Positions 39,400-52,458 of a stretch of 64,000 nt of DNA are shown in pieces. Made by a program: the position numbers and the translations under genes. Each line of letters starts with the position of its first letter. Position 1 is the stretch's first letter. The stretch lies in the NCBI GenBank assembly GCA_951406725.2, contig OX597816.1, positions 10,664,001-10,728,000 of the forward strand, in the 5' to 3' direction. A model generated the notes under the pieces. It was not told the DNA's origin. It saw nothing but the letters and a program-made list of their open reading frames with translations, and did no database searches. This DNA is from Octopus vulgaris (taxonomy: Eukaryota).

Positions 39400-41808
39400 T
39401 TAGTTAGTTAGTTAGTTAGTTAGTTAATTTGGCTCAAAAGCAAATAGCAAGGCCATGTAGGGGGACATGGAGTTAAGTACAGGGTGGTGTTCATGTAAAG
39501 AGTTCAGGCCACTTGAGGTCCAGGGAGGCTTTGAACAAAGCGGTCGTCGGCATCTTCATCATCTCGTCTGGCAGCTTGTTCCACGGATCCGCAACCCGGA
39601 TGGAGAAAGCTCCTCTCCTTCGATTGAGATGAAATCGTCGCAGGTAGAGCTTTTCGGAATGACCCCGCAGCCGACGCTCCGGAGCAGGAGTGAAGAACAG
39701 CTCTTTCGAGAGGTTACACTTCCCGCTTATGATGTTGTGGGCGAGAATGAGATCACCACGGCGGCGGCGTTTTTCAAGAGAACAAAGGTCGAGCGTCCTC
39801 AGCCTTTCTTCGTAGGACAAATTTTTGAGACCATGAACCATGCGGGTAGCCAGCCTCTGGACTCTTTCGAGATGCTGTATGTCTTTGAGGAGATAAGGAG
39901 AAGAGGCTTGAATCCCATACTCCAATATGGGTCTCACCAGCGTGACATAGAGTGGTAGGAATATGGCTGCTGTGAGCATTCCGAATGACCGTCGAATCAA
40001 AAACAGAATTCCGCGCGCTTTGTTGGCAGCATGGACGCACTGGGCCGAAGGCGAATAGGAGGAATCCACCAAGATACCCAGGTCCTTTACCTGATCGGTC
40101 CTCTCCAGCAGCAGACGACCCGGCTCGAAATCAAGTTGAGTTGCAGGAGTAGAGCCGACAGGCAGATGACAGCACTTTGACACGTTCAGACACAGGTCCC
40201 AATCGTTAGACCACTTCCAAATTTGGTGGAGGCATCGACGAAGATCCTCTATACTACCGCGAGGAGCGACCAGTTTGATATCGTCGGCAAATAGAAGGGT
40301 GTGTTGCGTGAGGTCGTTGGGCAAGTCATTTATGAAGACTAAGAACAACAAGGGCCCAAGCACTGAACCTTGAGGCACGCCACTGCTCGCACTGGAGACG
40401 TCGGACCGCGAACCATTAACTTGAACTTGGAAGGAGCGATCTGAGAGGAAGGCACCAACCCATCGTACAATATCCGGATGGAAACTATATGCTTGAAGCT
40501 TGACAAGTAGTAGGCGGTGGTTTACCGAGTCAAAAGCTTTGGCAAAGTCCAATAAAACGATGTCAACAGCATCACTATCATCGAAGATGCGCGTCACCAA
40601 TTCTTCCATTACTAGTAAGTTGGTCAAGCATGATCTCTTCGGCACGAAGCCGTGTTGGGAATCAGTGATCGAGGCTGTGTTTAGGAGGCGGAGCATCATA
40701 CTTTTCTTAAGGATGGTTTCGAACATGTTGCTGATTATTGATGTAAGGGAAACCGGTCGGTAGTTAAGCGGGTCTTCGCAGCTCCCTTTCTTGAAAATTG
40801 GGCAGATTATCGCTGTTCTCCAGTCTGCAGGTATAACACCTGTCGCCAATGACATATTGAATAGTCGTGTTAAGGGCTCGCAGATGACCGGAGCCAACGC
40901 TTTGATAACCCGTGGGTGTATGCCGTCAGGGCCGTGACCCTTGTTGACATCGAGGCCTTGAATAACACGTTTGACTTGGTCCCGCGTGATGATCAATCGA
41001 AGCATTGGAGGTACCGATCTATCAAATGGAGGGGGTTCACGACCATCATCTTGTTTGAAAATAGTTGAAAAAGCCTCGGCAAATAATTGACTCTGTTGAT
41101 AAGGGTCCTCAATCGATATGCCTGTTGAGTCTACCAACGTTGCAATCTGGTTGTTCAAGCGGGAATTCCGCTGGACATGGGCAAAGAAGGTTTTTGGATT
41201 GCTACTGGCATTTGCCGCGATTTTGTATTCATAACTGAAGCGTTCTTTCTTTTCAATTTTCACGGCTCGGTCTCGTTGAGTTTTGTACACCTCAAAAGCT
41301 GCAGTCGAATCCAGATTTTTGAATTCAGTCCAAGCAATATCTCTGAGTCGACGTTCTCGTTTAACCTTCTTCGTCACCCAGGGCTTGTGTTTCTTTCTCT
41401 TGGGAAGTCCAACGGGAACTGCCTGGTCAGTCAAACAGATTACATATGCTTTGAGGGATGACCATAGTTCGTCAACTGAGGACAACGTCATCAGGGAATG
41501 CCAGTCCAGAAGCGCGGAAGCCTCGGTTAGAATTTCAAGATTAATTGCAGAGAAGACTCTACGTGGCAGCGAAGTAATCGTGGGCGTGGAAAAAGTTGTG
41601 TGCATGACGAACTTCAGGACCGCATGATCACTCTTGGCAAGAGGGGCGCACACAGATACGTCTGACACTGATCTTGGATAGCGGGAGAATACCAGATCTA
41701 GCATAGATGGCTGCTGCCCAGACCGATGCCTTGTCGGATATTCAACATGTTGCGATAGAAACAATCTTCAGCCACGTCAAGAAGGGCCTGGCCGAACCGG
41801 GAAGATGT
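39400..41808 (-). mobile_element. CR1-like non-LTR retrotransposon, 5'-truncated and young
   Basis: Contains the 757-aa ORF, a short 3' UTR and a (TAAC)n tail at ~39400-39425. GC and CpG content are clearly higher than in the flanks. Confidence 0.92.
39491..41764 (-). CDS. LINE ORF2 fragment: C-terminal part of APE endonuclease plus reverse transcriptase
   Basis: Motifs LDLVF, SDH, GPDGI, NYRPVSLTS, QHGF, LDFAKAFDSV, GVPQGSVLGPLLF, FADD and WNKLP. Confidence 0.92.
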   Translation of the reverse strand: MFLSQHVEYPTRHRSGQQPSMLDLVFSRYPRSVSDVSVCAPLAKSDHAVLKFVMHTTFSTPTITSLPRRVFSAINLEILTEASALLDWHSLMTLSSVDELWSSLKAYVICLTDQAVPVGLPKRKKHKPWVTKKVKRERRLRDIAWTEFKNLDSTAAFEVYKTQRDRAVKIEKKERFSYEYKIAANASSNPKTFFAHVQRNSRLNNQIATLVDSTGISIEDPYQQSQLFAEAFSTIFKQDDGREPPPFDRSVPPMLRLIITRDQVKRVIQGLDVNKGHGPDGIHPRVIKALAPVICEPLTRLFNMSLATGVIPADWRTAIICPIFKKGSCEDPLNYRPVSLTSIISNMFETILKKSMMLRLLNTASITDSQHGFVPKRSCLTNLLVMEELVTRIFDDSDAVDIVLLDFAKAFDSVNHRLLLVKLQAYSFHPDIVRWVGAFLSDRSFQVQVNGSRSDVSSASSGVPQGSVLGPLLFLVFINDLPNDLTQHTLLFADDIKLVAPRGSIEDLRRCLHQIWKWSNDWDLCLNVSKCCHLPVGSTPATQLDFEPGRLLLERTDQVKDLGILVDSSYSPSAQCVHAANKARGILFLIRRSFGMLTAAIFLPLYVTLVRPILEYGIQASSPYLLKDIQHLERVQRLATRMVHGLKNLSYEERLRTLDLCSLEKRRRRGDLILAHNIISGKCNLSKELFFTPAPERRLRGHSEKLYLRRFHLNRRRGAFSIRVADPWNKLPDEMMKMPTTALFKASLDLKWPELFT

Positions 41809-42039
41809 TGTGTAGATAGAAGTCCCATAATTACTTTGATTCAGTATGTAATCCATTAATGTAAAGAATTCTTTGTTGCCCACAAAGGGTCAACATAGAG
41901 GAGACAATACAAGATGGGGACAAAAGAAAAAAAATGTATATTGCAATGTTCATTTTCCATTACACCTTCTGGCTTCTCTTCATACCTTTATTATTATTGT
42001 TGTTGATATTGTTGTTATTATCTTTGTTATTATTATTAT

Positions 42040-43062
42040 TCAGTAGTTTTATTTTTATTTTTATAGCGTGCTTTCACTTCACTACCGAGCGCAGCTCTGT
42101 GTGCCTTGGGTATGTGCTGTGATTTGTTGTGATGCTCTGATGGTTATTGTATGGAAAGTGTTCTGCATAGGATGTGTGCAGTGCCTAGTAGTGCAATTTT
42201 CTGTATGTTATATGTGTTTGTAAGTCCTGGTGTTTTTGTTATGTATTTGTCTGAATATTTTTTTATCATGCCTAATGCACCTACTATGATAGGAATTGTT
42301 TCTGTTTTCAGATTCCACATTCTAGTTACCTCTATTTCCAGGTCTTTGTATTTTGAGAGTTTCTCCATTTCTTTTAGAGACACGTTGTCATCAGCCGGTA
42401 ATGATACATCAATTAGAAAGCATTTTTTTCTTCATGGTCTCTGACAACTATATCTGGTCTGTTGGCCTTAATTTCTCTATCTGTGTGTATCGGCATATCC
42501 CAGAGTATGGTTGCTATCTCGTTTTCTGTGACCTTTTCTGGTGTCCATCTTTTTTCTGTTGTTATTCCATAATGTTGGCATAGCTTCCAATGTATGTAGG
42601 TTCCAACTCTGTCATGTCTGTGAATATATTCCTTCTTAGCCAGGACTGGGCAGTCAGAGATAATATGATTTATTGTTTCTTGTCCATCTCCACATATTCT
42701 GCAGTTACTTGTAATATTTCTTTTCATTACATGTTTTTGGTAATTTCTGGTGGGGAGGCTTTGGTCTTGTGCTGCAATTAAAAATCCCTCTGTTTCTGCT
42801 TTGAGTCCAGAGCTTCTCAACCATTGCTGGGATTTTTCTTTGTCTATTTCTTTTGCGTTTTTTTTAGTGCAGTATTTACCATGAAGGGGCTTTTCTTGCC
42901 ATCGTTTTATCATGGTTCGTTGCTGTTCTATTTTTAGTTTGGATTTCATTTGTTTTATAGCTTTTGTTGTTTCTTCATCTTCTTCTTCTTCATGTTTATT
43001 AGGTGGTATGATTTCTTGTTTGTATTTGTCAGCTTCCTTAAATACTGAGAACAGTTTTTTGT
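42040..43062 (-). mobile_element. Restriction-like-endonuclease LINE (R4/Dong-type), 3' fragment
   Basis: CCHC knuckle (CRICGDGQETINHIISDC), RHD, NRPDIVV, KYKDL and IIVGALG motifs. The 3' end abuts a (TAA)n tract and the 5' end is cut off by the satellite. Confidence 0.88.
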
Positions 43063-46000
43063 TTTGGTGAAAATTTTCGAAATATTTTTGGGTAAAATTT
43101 TCGGTGAAAATTTTAGTAAAATTTTTGGGTAAACTTTTCGGTGTAAATTTTCGAAAAATTTTTGGTTAAAATTTTCGCTGAAAATTTTCGTAAAATTTGT
43201 GGGTAAAATTTTCGAAAAACTTTTGGGTAAAATTTTCGGTTTAATATTTCGAAAAATTTTTGGGTAAAATTTTCGGTAAAAATTTTCGAAAAGTTTTTGG
43301 GTAAAATTTTCGTTGTGAAAATTTTGGATGAAATTTTTGGTGAAAATTTTCGAAAAATTTTCGTGTAAAATTTTCTAAAAAAAATTTTCGGTGAAAATTT
43401 TGGAAAAATTTCGTGTAAAATTTTCAAAAATTTTTGGATTAAATTTTCGGTGAAAATATTGGGTAAAATTTTCAGTGAAAATTTTCGAAAAATTTCGGTA
43501 AAATTTTTCGTAAAATTTCGTTGAAAATTTTGGGAAAGATTTTCGGTGAAAATTTTCGAAAAATTTGTGTGTAAAATTTTCGAAAAATTTTGTGAAAATT
43601 TTGGTTTAAATTTTCGTGAAAATTTTTGGGTAAAATTTTCAGTAAAATTTTCGAAAAATTTCGGTGAAAATTTTTGGGTAAAATTTTCGTTGAAAATTTT
43701 CGGTGAAAATTTTGGATGAAATTTTCGGTGAAAATTTTCGAAAAATTTTCGTGTAAAATTTTAGAAAAATTTTTGGATGAAATTTTTGGTGAAAATTTTC
43801 GTTGAAAATTTTCGTGTGAAAATTTTCTAAAAATTTTTGGGTAATATTTTCGGTGAAAATTTTTGGGTAAAATTTTCGGTGAAAATTTTCGAACAACTTT
43901 TGGGAAAATTTTCAAAAATTTTTGGGAAAAATTTCGGTGAAAATTTTTTGGATTAAATTTTCGGTGAAAATTTTAATAAAATTTTCGGTGAAAATTTTCG
44001 AAAAATTTCGGTGAAAATTTTTGGTAAAATTTTCGTTGAAAATTTTCGAAAATTTGTCGGTAAAAATTTTCGAAAAATTTGTGGTAAAATTTTCGAAAAA
44101 TTTTTGGGTAAAATTTTCGGTAAAAATTTTCGAAAAGATTTTGGGTAAAATTTTCGAAAAAGTTTTGGGAAAAATTTTCGAAAAATTTCGGTGAAAATTT
44201 TTGGATTAAATTTTCGGTGAAAATTTTGGTAAATTTTCAGTAAAGATTTTCGAAAAATTTCGGTGAAAATTTTCAGTAAGATTTTAAAATTTTCGTTGAA
44301 AATTTTCGAAAGATTTTGGATGAAAATTTTCGGTTGAAAATTTTCGAAAAATTTTCGTGTAAAGTTTTCGAAAAATATTTTGGATGAAATTTTTGGGTGA
44401 AAATTTTCGTGAAAATTTTCGTGAAAATTTTCTAAAAATTTTGGGAAATATTTCGGTGAAAATTTTTGGGTAAAGTTTTCGAAAATTTTCGAAAATTTTC
44501 GGTGAAAATTTTCGAAAAATTTTCGTGATCAAAATTTTCTAAAAATTTTTGGGTAAAATTTTCGGTGAAAATTTTCGTAAAATTTTGGGTAAAATTTTCA
44601 GTAAAATTTTCGAAAAATTTCGGTGAAAATTTTTGGATTAAATTTTCGTTGAAAATTTTCGAAAATTTTCAGTTAAAATTTTCGAAAAATTTTCGTGTAA
44701 AATTTTCGAAAAATTTTTGGATGAAACATTTTGGGTAATATTTTCGAAAAATTTTTGGGTAAAATTTTCGGTGAAAATTTTTTTTTGGCTAAAATTTTCG
44801 AAAAATTTCGGTGAAAATTTTTAGGTAAAATTTTCGTGAAAATTTTGGTGAAAATTTTCGTAAAATTTTTCGATCAAAATTTTCGGTGAAAATTTTGGTA
44901 AAATTTTCGTTGAAAATTTTCGAAAATTTGTGGGTAAAATTTTCAGAAAAGATTTTCGAAAATATTTTCGGTGAAAATTTTTGGGTAAAATTTTCGTTGA
45001 AAATTTTCGAAAGATTTGTGGTGAAAATTTTCGAAAATTTTGTAAAAATTTTCGGATGAAAATTTTTGGTGAAAATTTTCGGTGAAAATTTTCGAAAAAT
45101 TTTCTAAAATTTTTGGGTTTAATATTTTCGGTGAAAATTTTTGGGTAAAATTTTCGGTGAAAATTTTCGAAGACTTTTGGGTAAAATTTTCGAAAAATTT
45201 TTGGGAAAAATTTCGGTGAAAATTTTTGGTTTAAATTTTCGGTGAAAATTTTAGTAAAATTTTCAGTAAAATTTTCGAAAAATTTCGGTGAAAATTTTTG
45301 GATGAAATTTTCGTTGAAAATTTTCGAAAAATTTTGGATGAAATTTTCAGTGAAAATTTTAGTAAAATTTTCGTGTAAAATTTTCGAAAAATTTTTCGAA
45401 AAATTTTGGTTTTTGTTGAAAATTTTCGAAAATTTTCATGTAAAATTTTCGAAAAATTTTTGGGAAATATTTTGGTGAAAATTTTTGGGAAAAATTTTCT
45501 AAAAATTTTTGGTAAATTTTCGGTGAAAATTTTTGGGTAAAATTTTCGGTGAAAATTTTCGAAGATTTTGGGTAAAATTTTCGAAATATTTCGGTGAAAA
45601 TTTTTGGGTAAAATTTTCGAAAAATTTTTGATGAAAATTTTCGAAGAATTTTTGGGTAAAATTTTCTGTGAAAATTTTAGTAAAATTTTCAGTAAAGATT
45701 TTCGAAAATTTCGGTGAAAATTTTGGGTAAAATTTTTGAGTGAAAATTTTCGAAAGATTTGTGGTGAAAATTTTCGAAAAATTTTTGGGTAATATTTTCG
45801 GTGAAAATTTTTGGGTAAAATTTTCGGTGAAAATTTTGAAAATTTTGGTGAAAATTTTCGAAAATTTTGGGTAAAATTTTCGGTGAAAATTTTTAAAATT
45901 TTCAGTAAAGATTTTCGAAAAATTTCGGTGAAAATTTTTGGATAAAATTTTCGTTGAAATTTTTGAAAGATTTCGGTGATAATTTTTGGGTAAAATTTTC

Positions 46001-49000
46001 GGTGATAATTTTTGGGTAAAATTTTCGGTGTAAATTTTCGTAAAATTTGTGGGTAAAATTTTCGAAAAACTTTTGGGTAAAATTTTCGGTTTAATATTTC
46101 GAAAAATTTTTGGGTAAAATTTTCGTGTAAAATTTTCTAAAAATTTTTGGGTAAAATTTTCGAAAAATTTTTGGGAAAAATTTCGGTGAAAATTTTTGGA
46201 TTAAATTTTCGGTGAAAATTTTAGTAAAATTTTCAGTAAAGATTTTCGAAAAATTTCGGTGAAAATTTTTGTGTAAAATTTTCGTTGAAAATTTTCGAAA
46301 GATTTTGGATGAAATTTTCAGTGAAAATTTTTCGAAAATTTTCGGTGAAAATTTTTCGAAAATTTTCGGTGAAAACTTTTGGGTAAAATTTTTTGAAAAT
46401 TTTCGAAAATTTTTGGTGAAAATTTTCGAAAAATTTTTTTGGGTAAAATTTTCGGTGAAAATTTTTGGGAAAATTTTCGGTGAAAATTTTCGAAGACTTT
46501 TGGGTAAAATTTTCGAAAAATTTTTGGGAAAAATTTCGGTGAAAATTTTTGGATTAAATTTTCGGTGAAAATTTTCGAAAGATTTTGGATGAAATTTTCA
46601 GTGAAAATTTTCGAAAATTTTCAGTAAAGATTTTCGAAAATTTCGGTGAAAACTTTTGGGTAAAATTTTCGTTGAAAATTTTCGAAAGATTTGTGGTGAA
46701 AATTTTCGAAAAACTTTTGGGTAATATTTTCGGTGAAAATTTTTGGGTAAAATTTTCGGTGAAAATTTTCGAAGACTTTTGGGTAAAATTTTCGAAAAAT
46801 TTTTGGGAAAAATTTCGGTGAAAATTTTTGGATTAAATTTTCGGTGAAAATTTCCGAGTAAAATTTTCAGTAAAGATTTTCGAAAAATTTCGGTGAAAAT
46901 TTTGGTAAAAAATTTTCGGTTTAATATTTTTCGAAAAATTTTTTTGGGTAAAATTTTCGGTAAAAATTTTCAGTAAAGATTTTCGAAAAATTTCGGTGAA
47001 AATTTTTGGGTAAAATTTTCTGTTGAAAATTTTCGAAAGATTTGTGGTGAAAATTTTCGAAAAATTTTTGGGTAATATTTTCGGTGAAAATTTTTAAAAG
47101 ATTTTGGGGGAAAATTTTCGAACAATTTTTGGGGAAACTTTTCCTGAAAATCTTTTGTGCAAATTTTCGGTGAAAATTTTTGGTTAAAATTTTCGGTGAA
47201 AATTTTCGAAAAACTTTTGGGTAAAATTTTCGGTTTAATATTTCGAAAAATTTTTGGGTAAAATTTTCGGTAAAAATTTTCGAAAAGTTTTTGGGTAAAA
47301 TTTTCGAAAAATTTTTGGGAAAAATTTCGGTGAAAATTTTTGTATTAAATTTTCGGTGAAAATTTTAGTAAAATTTTCAGTAAAGATTTTCAGAAAAATT
47401 TCGGTGAAAATTTTTGTGTAAAATTTTCGTTGAAAATTTTCGAAAGATTTTGGATGAAATTTTCAGTGAAAATTTTCGAAAAATTTTCGTGAAAATTTTC
47501 GAAAAATTTTTGGATGAAATTTTTGGTGAAAATTTTCGATAAATTTTCATGTAAAATTTTCAAAATTTTTGGGTAATATTTTCGGTGAAAATTTTTGGTA
47601 AAGTTTTCGAAAGATTTTGGAAATTTTGAAAATTTTCAAAATTGAAAAATTTTTGAGAAATTTTTGGTGAAAATTTTCGTGTAAAATTTTCTAAAAATTT
47701 TTGGGTAATATTTTCGGTGAAAATTTTTGGATGAAATTTTTCGGTGAAAATTTTGAAAAATTTGATGAAATTTTGGTGAAAAGAATTGTGGGTAAAATTT
47801 TCGAAAAATTTCGGTGAAAATTTTTGATTAAATTTTCGGTGAAAATTTTAGTAGAATTTTCAGTAAAGATTTTCGAAAAATTTCGGTGAAAATTTTTGGG
47901 TAAAATTTTCGTTGAAAATTTTCGAAAGATTTTGGATGAAATTTTCGGTGAAAATTTTCGAAAAATTTTCGTGTAAAATTTTAGAAAATTTTTGGATGAA
48001 AGTTTTGGTGAAAATTTTCGAAAAATTTTCGTGTAAAGTTTTCTAAAAATTTTTGGGTAATATTTCCGGTGAAAATTTTTGGGTAAAATTTTCGGTGAAA
48101 ATTTTTCGAAGATTTTTGGGTAAAAATTTTTGGGAAAAATTTCGGTGAAAATTTTTGGATTAAATTTTCGGTGAAAATTTTAATAAAATTTTCAGTAAAG
48201 ATTTTCGAAAAATTTCGGTGAAAATTTTTGGTAAAATTTTCGTTGAAAATTTTCGAAAGATTTGTGGTAAAAAATTTTCGAAAATTTGTGGGTAAAATTT
48301 TCGAAAAATTTTTGGGTAAAATTTTCGGTAAAAATTTTCGAAAAGTTTTTGGGTAAAATTTTCGAAAAGTTTTGGGAAAAATTTTCGAAAAATTTCGGTG
48401 AAAATTTTTGGATTAAATTTCAGTGAAAATTTTAGTAGAATTTTCAGTAAAGATTTTCGAGAAATTTCGGTGAAAATTTTTAAAAATTTTCGTTGAAAAT
48501 TTTCGAAAGATTTTGGATGAAATTTTCGGTGAAAATTTTCGAAAAATTTTCGTGTAAAATTTTCGAAAAATTTTTGGATGAAATTTTTGGTGAAAATTTT
48601 CGAAAATTTTCGTGTAAAAAATTTTCTAAAAATTTTTGGGTAATATTTTCGGTGAAAATTTTTGGGTGAAAAGTTTTCGAAAAAAGATTTTGGATGAAAT
48701 TTTCGGTGAAAATTTTCGAAAAATTTTCGTGTAAAATTTTCTAAAAATTTTTGGGTAATATTTTCGGTGAAAATTTTTGGGTAAAGTTTTCGAAAGATTT
48801 TGATGAAATTTTCGTGTAAAATTTTCGAAAAATTTTTGGATGAAATTTTGGATGAAAAATTTGTGGGTAAAATTTTCGAAAAATTTCGGTGAAAATTTTT
48901 GGATTAAATTTTCGGTGAAAATTTTAGTAAAATTTTCAGTAAAGATTTTCGAAAATTTCGGTGAAAACTTTTGGGTAAAATTTTCGTTGAAAATTTTCGA

Positions 49001-52000
49001 AAGATTTGTTGTGAAAATTTTCGAAAAACTTTTGGGTAATATTTTCGGTGAAAATTTTTGGGTAAAATTTTCGGTGAAAATTTTCGAAGACTTTTGGGTA
49101 ATATTTTCGAAAAATTTTTGGGAAAATTTCGGCGAAAATTTTTGGATTAAATTTTCGGTGAAAATTTGAGTAAAATTTTCAGTAAAGATTTTCGAAAAAT
49201 TTCGGTGAATTTTGGTAACATTTTCGGTTTAATATTTCGAAAAATTTTTGGGTAAAATTTTCGGTAAAAATTTTCGGAAAATTTTCGAAAAATTTCGGTG
49301 AAAATTTTTGGGTAAAATTTTCAAGTTGAAAATTTTCGAAAGATTTGTGGTGAAAATTTTCGAAAAATTTTTGGGTAATATTTTCGGTGAAAATTTTTAA
49401 AAGATTTTGGGGGAAAATTTTCGAACAATTTTTGGGGAAACTTTTCCTGAAAATCTTTTGTGCAAATTTTCGGTGAAAATTTTTGGTTAAAATTTTCGGT
49501 GAAAATTTTCGTAAAATTTGTGGGTAAAATTTTCGAAAACTTTTGGGTAAAATTTTCGGTTTAATATTTCGAAAAATTTTTGGGTAAAATTTTCGGTAAA
49601 AATTTTCGAAAAGTTTTTTTGGGTAAAATTTTCGAAAATTTTTGGGAAAAATTTCGGTGAAAATTTTTGTATTAAATTTTCGGTGAAAATTTTAGTAAAA
49701 TTTTCAGTAAAGATTTTCGAAAAATTTCGGTGAAAATTTTTGTGTAAAATTTTCGAAAGATTTTGGATGAAATTTTCAGTGAAAATTTTCGAAAAATTTT
49801 CGTGTAAAATTTTCGAAAAATTTTTGGATGAAATTTTTGGTGAAAATTTTCGATAAATTTTATAAAATTTTCTAAAAATTTTTGGGTAATATTTTCGGTG
49901 AAAATTTTGGTAAAGTTTTCGAAAGATTTTGGATGAAATTTTCGAAAAATTTTCGTGTAAAATTTTCGAAAAATTTTTGGATGAAATTTTTGGTGAAAAT
50001 TTTCGAAAAATTTTCGTGTAAAATTTTCTAAAAATTTTTGGGTAATATTTTCGGTGAAAATTTTTGGGTAAAGTTTTCGAAAGATTTTGGATGAAATTTT
50101 CGAAAAATTTTCGTGTAAAATTTTCTAAAAATTTTTGGGTAATATTTTCGGTGAAAATTTTTGGGTAAAGTTTTCGAAAGATTTTGGATGAAATTTTCGG
50201 TGAAAATTTCGAAAAATTTCGGTGAAAATTTTTGGTATTAAATTTTCGGTGAAAATTTTAGTAAAATTTTCAGTAAAGATTTTCGAAAAATTTTGGTGAA
50301 AATTTTTGGGTAAAATTTTCGTTGAAAATTTTCGAAAATTTTGGATGAAATTTTCAGTGAAAATTTTCGAAAAATTTTCGGGTAAAATTTTCTAAAAATT
50401 TTGGATGAAATTTTTGGTGAAAATTTTCGAAAAATTTTCGTGTAAAATTTTCTAAAAATTTTGGGTGAAAATTTTCGGTGAAAATTTTTGGTGAAAATTT
50501 TCGAAAATTTTGGATGAAATTTTTTTCGAAAATTTTCTAAAAATTTTCTAAAAATTTTTGGGTAATATTTTCGGTGAAAATTTTTGGGTAAAATTTTCGG
50601 TGAAAGATTTTGGAAGAAATTTTCGGTGAAAATTTTCGAAAAATTTTCGGTAAAATTTTCGAAAAATTTTCGATGAAATTTTTGGTGAAAATTTTCGATA
50701 AATTTTCGTGTAAAATTTTCAAAAAATTTTTAGATTTTTGAAAATTTTTCGGTGAAAATTTTTGGGTAAAATTTTCGAAAGATTTTGGATGAAATTTTCG
50801 AAAAATTTTCGTGTAAAATTTTCTAAAAATTTTTGGGTAAATTTTCGGTGAAAATTTTTGGGAAAATTTTCGAAAATTTTGGATGAAATTTTTCGATGAA
50901 AATTTTCGAAAAATTTTCGTGTAAAATTTTCGAAAGATTTTGGATGAAATTTTTCGGTGAAAATTTTCGAAAAATTTTTGGGTAATATTTTCGGTGAAAA
51001 TTTTTGGGTAAATTTTCGAAAAGTTTTTGGGAAATTTTCGTGTAAAATTTTCGAAAAATTTTTGAAATTTTGATGAAAAATTTGTGGGTAAAATTTTCGA
51101 AAAATTTCGGTGAAAATTTTTGGATTAAATTTTCGGTGAAAATTTGAGTAAAATTTTCAGTAAAGATTTTCGAAAATTTCGGTGAAAATTTTGGGTAAAA
51201 TTTTCGTTGAAAATTTTCGAAAGATTTGTGGTGAAAATTTTCGAAAAATTTTTGGGTAATATTTTCGGTGAAAATTTTTAAAAATTTTCGGTGAAAATTT
51301 TCGAAAATTTTGGGTAAAATTTTCGAAAAATTTTTGGGAAAATTTCGGTGAAAATTTTTGGAAAATTTTCGGTGAAAATTTTTGTAAAATTTTCAGTAAA
51401 ATTTTTTTCGGTGAAAATTTTGGGTAAAATTTTCGTTGAAAATTTTCGAAAGATTTTGGATGAAATTTTCAGTGAAAATTTTCGAAAAATTTTCGGTAAA
51501 ATTTTCGAAATATTTCGGTGAAATTTTTAATGAAATTTTTGGTGAAAATTTTCGAAAAATTTTCGTGAAAATTTTCTAAAAATTTTTGGGTAATATTTTC
51601 GGTGAAAATTTTCGTAAAATTTCCGGTGAAAATTTTCGAAGACTTTTGGGTAAAATTTTCGAAAAATTTTGGGAAAATTTCGGTAAAATTTTGGATTAAA
51701 TTTTGAAAAATTTTGGATGAAAATTTTAGTGAAAATTTTCGAAAAGTTTTTGGGTAAAATTTTCTGTGAAAATTTTAGTAAAATTTGTGGGTAAAATTTT
51801 CAGTAAAGATTTGCGAAATATTTCGGTGAAAATTTTTGGGTAAAATTTTCGTTGAAAATTTTCGAAAGATTTGTGGTGAAAATTTTCGAAAAATTTTCAA
51901 AATTTTGGATGAAATTTTTGGTGAAAATTTTCGAAAAATTTTCGTGTAAAATTTTCTAAAAATTTTTGGGTAATATTTTCGGTGAAAATTTTTGGGTAAA

Positions 52001-52458
52001 ATTTTCGGTGAAAATTTTCGAAGACTTTTGGGTAAAATTTTCGAAATATTTCGGTGATAATTTTTAGGTAAAATTTTCGAAAAATTATTGGTGAAAATTT
52101 TCGAAAAATTTTTGGATGAAATTTTTGGTGAAAATTTTCGAAAAGTTTTTGGGTAAAATTTTCTGTGAAAATTTTAGTAAAATTTGTGGGTAAAATTTTC
52201 AGTAAATATTTTCGAAAAATTTCGGTGAAAATTTTGGGTAAAATTTTCAGTAAAGATTTTCGAAAAATTTCGTTGAAAATTTTCGAAAGATTTGTGGTGA
52301 AAATTTTCGAAAAATTTTTGGGTAATATTTTCGGTGAAAATTTTTAAAAGATTTTGGGGAAAATTTTCGAACAACTTTTAGGGAAAATTTTCGAACAATT
52401 TTTGGGGAAACTTTTCCGTGAAAATTTTTTGTGCAAATTTTTTTGGGGTAAAATTTTC
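43062..52458. repeat. 9.4 kb AT-rich satellite built from 11-13 bp GAAAATTTTC-based units, with higher-order repeats
   Basis: Continuous variants of ggtgaaaattttc, gggtaaaattttc and gaaaaattttc. A diagnostic variant block recurs at ~47090, ~49390 and ~52340. Confidence 0.97.

Noticed and set aside
39467-41627. Plus-strand ORFs overlapping the LINE
   Set aside because: Antisense shadows of the GC-rich RT ORF with no recognisable motifs.
43062-52458. Heat-shock-element array or telomeric repeat
   Set aside because: The spacing is GAA-N4-TTC and TTC-N3-GAA rather than nGAAnnTTCn, and there are no TTAGGG repeats.
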